Assembly (NCBI GenBank): GCA_963759415.1
Contig: CAVWZG010000003.1
Location: 799,031-863,030, forward strand
Direction: 5' to 3'
Source: an uncultured Verrucomicrobiae bacterium
GTDB lineage: Bacteria > Verrucomicrobiota > Verrucomicrobiia > Limisphaerales > Palsa-1400
DNA length: 64,000 bases
Positions 55,986-64,000 of this stretch are shown here, piece after piece. The notes under the pieces were generated by a model that saw only the letters and a list, made by a program, of their open reading frames with translations, searched no databases and was not told the DNA's origin. The position numbers and the translations under genes are program-made. Position 1 is the stretch's first letter; each line of letters starts with the position of its first letter.

Positions 55986-56695
55986 ACCCGGACGCGCGCG
56001 CATTTCTGGCGGCGTTCGACGCGGAAATCGTCTTCGGCCAAATCGTCGTGCGGCGTCTGGAGCGCGGCTTTGAACTGCGCCATCTGGCTGACCGCGCCGC
56101 TGCCCCCGCCGCTTTGGCCACGCTCAACGGAACCGAATTGCGAACCTGGGCGCAATCGGCCGCCGATGGCGCCTTTCGGCCGCTCAAGTCCGCGCCCAAT
56201 TTACGGGCGGGCTGGCGGGCCGTGGCGGCTGATGGCGCGGCCCTGGAGCTTCTTCTCCACTACGTTTACCCGGGCACGGTCGCGGATTGGTTTGCGGCGC
56301 AATCGCCGCCTCCGCCGCTGACTTCCTACCGGCAATTCACGGCGCGGCAAACGGGGATGTATCGCGTCGCCACGCAGCTTTCTGACGCGGTCGCCGGAGC
56401 GGCCATTCGCGCTTGCTGTCATGTCGATTTTTGCCTCAAACGGCGGCTCTGGTCGGTGGATGGATTAGAGCCGGACACCGCCGGCCAAAAAAGCGTCATC
56501 CCTTGCCTGGAACCGTGCGCCCTGATGCTGGAATTTGCCCGCACAGTGGCGCGCCTGGAGCAGCAGACCGCCCCGACTGACGAGGAAGCGGCGGTGGAGG
56601 CGGCAGAGAGCAATTTCGACGCGCCTAACAACCCAAGACGGGTGCGATTTGTCTTGGAAAGGCAGGCCCCGGCGGGTAAACCAGCGGTGGAGTAG
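55982..56695 (+). CDS. Cys-containing conserved-looking hypothetical protein translationally coupled to thiS
   Basis: ATGA overlap with the thiS stop. Cys clusters ACCHVDFC and IPCLEPC. Family not confidently recognised (faint resemblance to DR2241-type proteins, from memory only). Confidence 0.5.
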   Translation: MNPDARAFLAAFDAEIVFGQIVVRRLERGFELRHLADRAAAPAALATLNGTELRTWAQSAADGAFRPLKSAPNLRAGWRAVAADGAALELLLHYVYPGTVADWFAAQSPPPPLTSYRQFTARQTGMYRVATQLSDAVAGAAIRACCHVDFCLKRRLWSVDGLEPDTAGQKSVIPCLEPCALMLEFARTVARLEQQTAPTDEEAAVEAAESNFDAPNNPRRVRFVLERQAPAGKPAVE

Positions 56696-56706
56696 GCAAA
56701 TATTTT

Positions 56707-57870
56707 ATGCGAATCGCGAATTCAATCACGGTGCTGAGTTTTTTAGGTCTGGCCGCCGCGGCAGTGGCGCAACCGATGCCGGATCTTGGCTTGCAAGGGC
56801 CGCCCCCCACCAATCAAGTGCCGGAGGCTTTGATCCCGCCGCGCACCAATTTGCTCGTCCATTCGCTGTCCGCCAAAGAGGCGGCCCCGGCTTGGGATGA
56901 ATTGAGCAACGCCTTGCGCCCGCCGCCTCCGCCCGCTGAGTGGCAGAACCATGAACCGAGCGAAAAGGAGCAGGCCGATTTCTTCATGCCCTACGTGCTG
57001 GCGTTGATGGACAAATTGAATGATTTTTACACGCGCTTCCCCAAGGACACCAACGCCAGCGAGGCCCGCAAGCAGGAATTTGAAATCACGGGCGTGGCCG
57101 TGCGCATGGGCGCCACCAATCTGCAAACCCGCCTGGAGGCCGAGGAAAAAACCCTGCTGGCCGACTCCGCTTTATCCGAGGACGATCGCTTCGGCATCCG
57201 CCAAAATGCGATCGAACGCGCCGCCCAAGCCAGGCAATCCGAGGGCGAGGCGGCGGCCCTGGCTGAATTTGAAAAGGGTGTGCGCGCCTTGCAGAAGGAG
57301 TTCCCCAAACGTCCCGAAGTCATGCAGATGCTGCTCGAGGTCGCGGTCGAAGCCGACGCCCCAAAGTCTCGCCTGCTGTTGCAGGAGATCACCAACAACG
57401 CCGCCGCCTCCGATCAAATCAAGGACTCCGCCGTCAGCCAGTTGAAGAAGCTCGACACCGTGGGCAAACCGGTTGACCTGCGCTTCACCGCCGTGGACGG
57501 ACGCGAGGTGGATTTGTCCAAAATGAAAGGCAAAGTCGTGCTGATCGATTTTTGGGCGACTTGGTGCGGACCTTGCGTGGCGGAACTCCCGCACGTCAAA
57601 GCCGCCTACGACAAGAATCATTCCAAGGGTTTCGAGATCGTCGGCGTGAGCTTGGATCGCGAGAAGGAAAGCCTGACGGAATTTGTGACCTCTCACCAGA
57701 TGCCCTGGCCGCAATACTTTGACGGCCAGGCCTGGCAAAGCAAATTGGCGGTCCAATTCGGCATCGAAAGCATCCCCGCCATGTGGCTGGTCGATAAGAA
57801 GGGCAACCTGCGCGACATCAATGCCCGCTCCGGCCTGGACGGCAAAGTAGAGAAGTTGCTGGCCGAGTAA
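56707..57870 (+). CDS. TlpA/ResA-family thiol:disulfide oxidoreductase with long helical N-terminal domain
   Basis: Signal peptide. C-terminal VVLIDFWATWCGPCVAELPH ... GFEIVGVSLD ... IESIPAMWLVDKKG. Confidence 0.85.
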   Translation: MRIANSITVLSFLGLAAAAVAQPMPDLGLQGPPPTNQVPEALIPPRTNLLVHSLSAKEAAPAWDELSNALRPPPPPAEWQNHEPSEKEQADFFMPYVLALMDKLNDFYTRFPKDTNASEARKQEFEITGVAVRMGATNLQTRLEAEEKTLLADSALSEDDRFGIRQNAIERAAQARQSEGEAAALAEFEKGVRALQKEFPKRPEVMQMLLEVAVEADAPKSRLLLQEITNNAAASDQIKDSAVSQLKKLDTVGKPVDLRFTAVDGREVDLSKMKGKVVLIDFWATWCGPCVAELPHVKAAYDKNHSKGFEIVGVSLDREKESLTEFVTSHQMPWPQYFDGQAWQSKLAVQFGIESIPAMWLVDKKGNLRDINARSGLDGKVEKLLAE

Positions 57871-57873
57871 CCC

Positions 57874-58269
57874 GTGCCGTTCATGCTGCCACTGGATCAC
57901 GATTGGACGCTTTGGAAGACGGTGGGGTGGCTTGGCAACGCGATTTTCGCTTCCCGTTTCTTTGTGCAATGGCACGCGACGGAGAAGCGCAAGCAAGTGG
58001 TGGTGCCCGCGGTATTCTGGTGGTTGAGCATCGGGGGAGCGCTCTTGTTATTCGCCTACGCTTTATCCAAGCGCGATTGGGTCTTTATTTTCGCCTACGC
58101 TTTCACCTGGATTCCCTACATTCGCAACCTGATCATTCATTACCGTCACGAAAAGGCGCATCGGTCATGCCCGGAATGCGGCCTGCTTTCCCCGCCCGCA
58201 GCCAGCTTTTGCAGCCAGTGCGGCGCGAAACTGAGCGAAACCGGAACGCCGGCCCAGCAAGCACGGTGA
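57874..58269 (+). CDS. Lipid-A-disaccharide synthase N-terminal (LAB_N) domain membrane protein fused to a C-terminal zinc ribbon
   Basis: GWLGNAIFASRFFVQWHATEKRK ... FWWLSIGGALLLFAYA. C-terminal CPECG ... CSQCG. Confidence 0.75.
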   Translation: MPFMLPLDHDWTLWKTVGWLGNAIFASRFFVQWHATEKRKQVVVPAVFWWLSIGGALLLFAYALSKRDWVFIFAYAFTWIPYIRNLIIHYRHEKAHRSCPECGLLSPPAASFCSQCGAKLSETGTPAQQAR

Positions 58270-58435
58270 CTATCGCAGCGCGGTTTTGAGGATTTCGCGC
58301 GGATAGGCGGAGGGGCTGGGAATCTTTTGTTGGGCGTTTGTCCCTGTTTCCGCCGGTTCGCCTGGGAAACGAAAGGCTTCCAACTTCTCCAGCAAGCCAT
58401 CGCCGGGCTGCAAGCTCGCCACAAACGAGTCCCAA

Positions 58436-59668
58436 TCACCGCCCTGCTGTTTGTCCTGGCCGCTGCGCCACAGGCAGTACCTGCGTCAGTTCATCGCCTG
58501 TCAAAATCACCTTGCCAAAATGTTTTTCTTGAAACTCCGGGTCGGCCTGCGCCCAATTGGCATAACACGAAAATGGGAAATGGGCGGCGTTCGTTCTGCC
58601 CTCGATGTCTGTCTCCCACACCACCTGCTTGAGCGCCTCATCCCACCGGCCATTGCTGTGGACAGGTGACGCTGGCAGCGACAACCGGACGGCAAGAAGA
58701 TCGGGTTCTCCGAACAATTCGAATTCAACCATGTTCCCAACCGCCTCGCTTGCGACCTCCGACGGCTCCGGCTGTTTTGTGTCAGGCTTGAGCTTCTTGT
58801 CCTCCTCCCATTGCTTGAGCTTGGCGCGGTAAAGCTCCGTGCCGGCGAGATATTTATCAAAGGATTTTTCCATCAGTGTTTCGTCGGCAAGAAAGGCGAG
58901 CGAAGCCGGCACTGGTTCGCTTTCCGGCACCCCCATTTTGCGCGCCACCAACCGTTGAATCCGGCGCAACAGCGCCTGCGAATCGTTGCCCACGGTTTCC
59001 CGAAACAGGCCCGGAACATCAGCGATGGTGAAATACCCGCGTTCTAAGAGGTATTGGCCAAACCGCACGGCAAACTCCTCCGCCGCATTGGTTTTGTAGC
59101 CGCTGACAAGCCGCCCATCCCACCAATACGCGCTGAGGTTTTTGAGGTCGCGCCGAAAATCCACGTCCAGGAATTGCCGCAGCTTGTCGTAGCCGGGTTC
59201 CCGGCCCAACTCCATCTGGCTCCAGCCGGCCATCATGTCCGCCAGCCGTTCGGCAGCCTTGATGCGCCGTTCGGACATTCCTTCCAAATCATCGTTGCCG
59301 CGGAACCGCTCCACGTAGAAGCCCGCCTCGCCCAGGCTGGTGGCCAGATTGGCATAAGTGCCCGCGCCGCCGACATCGCCCGGCAGTTCGTTGGTGAATT
59401 CACCCCGGGCCACGTAACGCTGGCCCTCGTTGGTCACTCCATGAGCCGGATACCGAGCGGTGATCGCCGCCAGTTCAGCCGCTTCCATGTGCTTGTAATT
59501 GGGCGCGCCAGTGTTGGTATTCACGCCGCCGTCCTCACAGTAAAAGACCAATGTTCGCTCGATGATATTGCCGCGCGGTTTGAGTTGAATAAGGTACTGG
59601 TTGCGCGGACAGCCCGTAACCACGAGGGCCATCGCCACCAGGACAAAAGGCAGCCATTTTCGCATCAT
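58436..59668 (-). CDS. Lipoprotein of unknown function
   Basis: MMRKWLPFVLVAMALVVTGC lipobox. The upstream 126 codons of the long ORF overlap the surA-like gene antisense and are rejected. Confidence 0.6.
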   Translation of the reverse strand: MMRKWLPFVLVAMALVVTGCPRNQYLIQLKPRGNIIERTLVFYCEDGGVNTNTGAPNYKHMEAAELAAITARYPAHGVTNEGQRYVARGEFTNELPGDVGGAGTYANLATSLGEAGFYVERFRGNDDLEGMSERRIKAAERLADMMAGWSQMELGREPGYDKLRQFLDVDFRRDLKNLSAYWWDGRLVSGYKTNAAEEFAVRFGQYLLERGYFTIADVPGLFRETVGNDSQALLRRIQRLVARKMGVPESEPVPASLAFLADETLMEKSFDKYLAGTELYRAKLKQWEEDKKLKPDTKQPEPSEVASEAVGNMVEFELFGEPDLLAVRLSLPASPVHSNGRWDEALKQVVWETDIEGRTNAAHFPFSCYANWAQADPEFQEKHFGKVILTGDELTQVLPVAQRPGQTAGR

Positions 59669-59792
59669 ATTTGCCGCGCCGCGAAGGGCAACGGCACAGC
59701 CACTATGACCCTTTGACGGTCCATCGTCAGCGAATAAAATGAAAACTTTGCCGCTTGATGAACCGACATGCCTTGGGTAGCATTGCCCTCCA

Positions 59793-60767
59793 GTGAAGAC
59801 TTTTCTACGTTTATTTGTCGCGGGAGCGTCTCTGTGGTGCGGTTGGGCCGCCCATGCTGAATTGATCACCGCCGTGGCCGTGGTGGTCAACGATTCCGTC
59901 ATCACGCTGGGAGAGGTCGAGACGGTGGTGTCGATGTCCGCCCCCACGGTGGCCGCAAAACACGTCAACGACCAGGCGGGCCTCGCCCAGGAGTTGACCA
60001 AGTTGCGCGATGAAGCCATCGAGCAAAAGGTCGAGGACAAGCTCATTCTGCATGAGTTCGTGACCTCCGGCTACGTCACCAATGTGCTGGAAGCTTTCAT
60101 CGACGACCGGATTCAGGAAACCATCCAGCATGAGTATTACGGCGACCGCGCCCGCCTTATCCGCACGTTGCACGGGCAAGGCCTGACTTACGAAATGTAC
60201 CGTCGCCAGCAGCGGGAAAAGTTCATCATTGATTACATGAACTACCAGAACAGTTCCAACCCGCACAAGATTCTCATCTCGCCCCTCAAGATCGACCAAT
60301 ACTACAAGACCCATACCAACGATTTCCAAATCGAGGACCAGCTCAAACTGCGCATGATCGTCCTGCCCCAGGCCACCGGCAGCGCCCCGGGATCCGCCAG
60401 GAAATTGGCGGGGGAGATACTGGCGAAAATTGACTCCGGCGTGCCCTTTGTCGAAATGGCCTCGGTTTATTCCTCCGGCTCGCAACGCGCGGACGGCGGC
60501 GATCGCGGTTGGGTCAGCCGGACTTACTTCAAGCCGGAATTGGCCCAGGTCGCCTTTGCCCTCAAGCCCGGCCAGCACAGCGGCATCATCGAACAGCCCG
60601 AAGCCTGCTACCTGATGATGGTCGATGACGCCAAGCCCGCTCATGTCCGGGCGTTGAACGAAGTCCGCGCCGAGATCGAACACACCCTCAGAAACGACGA
60701 GAATCTCCGCTTGAAGAAACTCTGGATGGAGCGCCTCAAACGCAAATCATTCGTTAATTATTATTGA
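59793..60767 (+). CDS. SurA-like periplasmic chaperone / parvulin-type peptidyl-prolyl isomerase
   Basis: Signal peptide. VVNDSVITLGEVE (SurA N-domain). PPIase region GGDRGWV ... LKPGQHSGIIE. Confidence 0.8.
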   Translation: MKTFLRLFVAGASLWCGWAAHAELITAVAVVVNDSVITLGEVETVVSMSAPTVAAKHVNDQAGLAQELTKLRDEAIEQKVEDKLILHEFVTSGYVTNVLEAFIDDRIQETIQHEYYGDRARLIRTLHGQGLTYEMYRRQQREKFIIDYMNYQNSSNPHKILISPLKIDQYYKTHTNDFQIEDQLKLRMIVLPQATGSAPGSARKLAGEILAKIDSGVPFVEMASVYSSGSQRADGGDRGWVSRTYFKPELAQVAFALKPGQHSGIIEQPEACYLMMVDDAKPAHVRALNEVRAEIEHTLRNDENLRLKKLWMERLKRKSFVNYY

Positions 60768-61774
60768 TGACTGGCTGGATCGCCATTTCGCTGGGAGATG
60801 TCACGGGCATCGGGCCTGAAGTCACGCTCAAGGCCCTGGCAGCCGAGGCGGCGGAGGATGACACCCGCTATTTATTGATCGGCGACAGCGGCTACACGGC
60901 GGCCCTTTACGAACAGCTCGATTTGCCATTGCCCTTGCAACCCTTCTCGGAATTCGGCGCCGGGGGCCGGTTTTTCCTGCACGATCCCCTGCGCGAATCG
61001 CTGCCGCCGCACTTGGCGCCCGGTTCGCCCGCCGCCGCCCGCGCCGCCGTGGCCTGGCTGACCGATGGCGCCCAACGCTGCCTGCGCCACGAAATAGATG
61101 CCTTGGTCACGGCGCCCTTGAGCAAGGAAGCGATCGTGCGCAGCGGCCAGCCGTTCATCGGCCAAACCGAATTTCTTTCCCAGTTGGCCGGGACGGATCG
61201 AATCGTCATGATGTTGCTGGGCCAGGATGACTGCGGCCGCTGGCTGCGCGTGGCTCTGGCCACCACCCATCTTTCGCTCAAAATGGTCTCGGAGCAATTG
61301 AGCGCGGTAAAGATCCAACAAGCCATCGAATTGGCGGCCAAGGCCTGCGAGGATCTCGGATTGCCCCGCCGCCGCGTGGCCGTCTGCGGCCTCAATCCCC
61401 ACGCCGGCGAAGGCGGCGAATTTGGCCGCGAGGAAATCGACCTCATCGAGCCGGTGGTCAGGTCGATGAAGAAGCAAGGCCTGGACGTTCTCGGGCCGCT
61501 GCCAGCCGACACGCTTTTCTATAACGCTTACCGGGGCGATTATGACGCGGTGGTGGCGATGTACCACGACCAGGGCTTGGGGCCGTTGAAAATGGTCGCT
61601 TTTGAAAGTGGCGTCAATTGGACGTTGGGCCTGCCCTTTATCCGCACTTCGCCCGATCACGGCACGGCTTACGACATCGCCGGCCAGGGCAGGGCCAATC
61701 CCTCCAGCATGCGCGCGGCCATCCGCCTGGCCAAGCAACTGGCCCGGCAATCAGCCAAACCCTTATTGCCGTGA
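60764..61774 (+). CDS. pdxA: 4-hydroxythreonine-4-phosphate dehydrogenase
   Basis: GLNPHAGEGGEFGREE, MYHDQGLGPLK, IRTSPDHGTAYDIAG. ATGA overlap with the surA-like gene. Confidence 0.92.
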   Translation: MMTGWIAISLGDVTGIGPEVTLKALAAEAAEDDTRYLLIGDSGYTAALYEQLDLPLPLQPFSEFGAGGRFFLHDPLRESLPPHLAPGSPAAARAAVAWLTDGAQRCLRHEIDALVTAPLSKEAIVRSGQPFIGQTEFLSQLAGTDRIVMMLLGQDDCGRWLRVALATTHLSLKMVSEQLSAVKIQQAIELAAKACEDLGLPRRRVAVCGLNPHAGEGGEFGREEIDLIEPVVRSMKKQGLDVLGPLPADTLFYNAYRGDYDAVVAMYHDQGLGPLKMVAFESGVNWTLGLPFIRTSPDHGTAYDIAGQGRANPSSMRAAIRLAKQLARQSAKPLLP

Positions 61775-62460
61775 CGTCTGCCATCATCGTCGCCGCCGGC
61801 AAGAGTACGCGCATGGGAGGTCAAACGGACAAGTTGTTCCTGCCCGTGGCAGGACGCCCCTTGCTGGCCCATGCCTGGCAACGTTTGGACAGCGCCCCCT
61901 GCATCGGGGAAATCATTCTGGTGGTGCGCGAGGGCCTGCAAAGCGCCTTTGCCGATCTCGCCTCGACCTTCAAATTCACCAAGCCCTTTCGTCTCGTGCC
62001 GGGCGGTTCGCAACGGCAGGACTCCGTCTGGAACGGCCTGCAGGCGCTTTCGCCCGCTGCTGACATCGTGGCCATCCAGGATGGCGCCCGGCCCTGCACC
62101 AGTCTGGTCTTGATCGAGGCGACCATCGCGGCGGCGCGGCAGGACGGCGCGGCCGTGGCTGCCCAACCCGTGTCGGACACCATCAAGTGGTCCGACGACG
62201 GGAAGCATGTTTCGCGGCACCTGGATCGGTCGCGGCTTTGGGCCGTGCAGACGCCCCAGACCTTCCGCGTTGAGATCATTCGCAACGCCTTGCAGGCGGT
62301 GCGGGAGCGGGGGTTGCAAGTAACCGACGACACCGCCGCGTGCGAACTCATCGGCCAGGCCGTGACATTGGTGACGGTGCCCGGGCCAAACCCCAAAGTC
62401 ACCCTTCCCGGCGACGTCGCCTACGTGGAAATGTTGTTGCGCTCCAATCTTAAACCTTAA
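61771..62460 (+). CDS. ispD: 2-C-methyl-D-erythritol 4-phosphate cytidylyltransferase
   Basis: AIIVAAGKSTRMGG ... DKLFL. VAIQDGARP. TPQTF. GTG overlaps the pdxA stop (GTGA). Confidence 0.9.
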   Translation: MTSAIIVAAGKSTRMGGQTDKLFLPVAGRPLLAHAWQRLDSAPCIGEIILVVREGLQSAFADLASTFKFTKPFRLVPGGSQRQDSVWNGLQALSPAADIVAIQDGARPCTSLVLIEATIAAARQDGAAVAAQPVSDTIKWSDDGKHVSRHLDRSRLWAVQTPQTFRVEIIRNALQAVRERGLQVTDDTAACELIGQAVTLVTVPGPNPKVTLPGDVAYVEMLLRSNLKP

Positions 62461-62489
62461 TCTCCTTCGATCAGGATTAAAATTAAGAG
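62444..62489. repeat. Degenerate copy of the TTAAGATTA-type AT-rich dyad element spanning the ispD stop
   Basis: CCAATCTTAAACCTTAATCTCC-ttcgatc-AGGATTAAAATTAAGAG. TTAATC(T)CC / GGATTAA can pair. Confidence 0.45.
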
Positions 62490-62531
62490 CCGCCGCTTGA
62501 CAGTTTGGCGCTCCGGGCAGAGCTTCTCCTT

Positions 62532-64000
<1,469 letters not shown>

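Noticed and set aside
58436-60046. Full 536-aa reading of the lipoprotein ORF
   Set aside because: The first 126 codons have no protein-like features and overlap the surA-like gene start region antisense. A canonical lipoprotein signal (MMRKWLPFVLVAMALVVTGC) begins at 59668.
62497-62531. TTGACA hexamer 30 nt upstream of the clpB GTG, as a possible promoter
   Set aside because: No acceptable -10 element (GAGCTT) lies at 17-nt spacing. It is also too close to the start codon to leave a leader or Shine-Dalgarno sequence. No sigma-32-type CTTGAA/CCCCAT pair was seen either. Left uncalled.

Overview
GC-rich bacterial chromosomal segment with about 70 protein-coding genes. I saw no rRNA, tRNA, CRISPR array, transposase or integrase by eye. 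The protein styles suggest a Verrucomicrobiota/PVC-type genome, but that is inference only: a prepilin-type [16 protein letters not shown] protein, TAT-signal Gfo/Idh/MocA and sugar-phosphate isomerase enzymes, a giant NHL-repeat exoprotein and several glycoside hydrolases. The backbone is housekeeping: sufS / split DUF1858-rhodanese / sufU, coaB, trpB2, queE, class II fba, rlmI-like, larB-larC, purE, thiH-thiS, surA-like/pdxA/ispD and clpB (runs off the 3' edge). Other backbone genes are an ECF sigma/anti-sigma operon, a HlyD/ABC/ABC-2 exporter, tandem hsp20 genes and three tandem CNNM/CorB-type genes. Small, visibly AT-richer accessory islets interrupt this backbone. They carry VapBC-like pairs (x2), DUF433 (one orphan, one paired with a DUF5615 PIN-like gene), DUF6883/DUF4926, a HigB + HigA::ImmA/IrrE-peptidase fusion islet, and an XRE regulator with two secreted unknowns. 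The observations I rate highest: (1) the HigB / HTH-metallopeptidase islet; (2) an MglA/MglB Ras-like GTPase polarity module preceded by a 510-aa proline-rich protein ending in a third Roadblock domain; (3) a family of AT-rich TTAAGATTAGG palindromic intergenic elements, one of which encodes the C-terminus of ThiH; (4) a Cys-rich unknown translationally coupled to thiS; (5) a frameshifted suf-cluster rhodanese gene; (6) an orphan intrinsic terminator in the queE leader. All functional calls come from reading motifs in the supplied translations. No database search was run.
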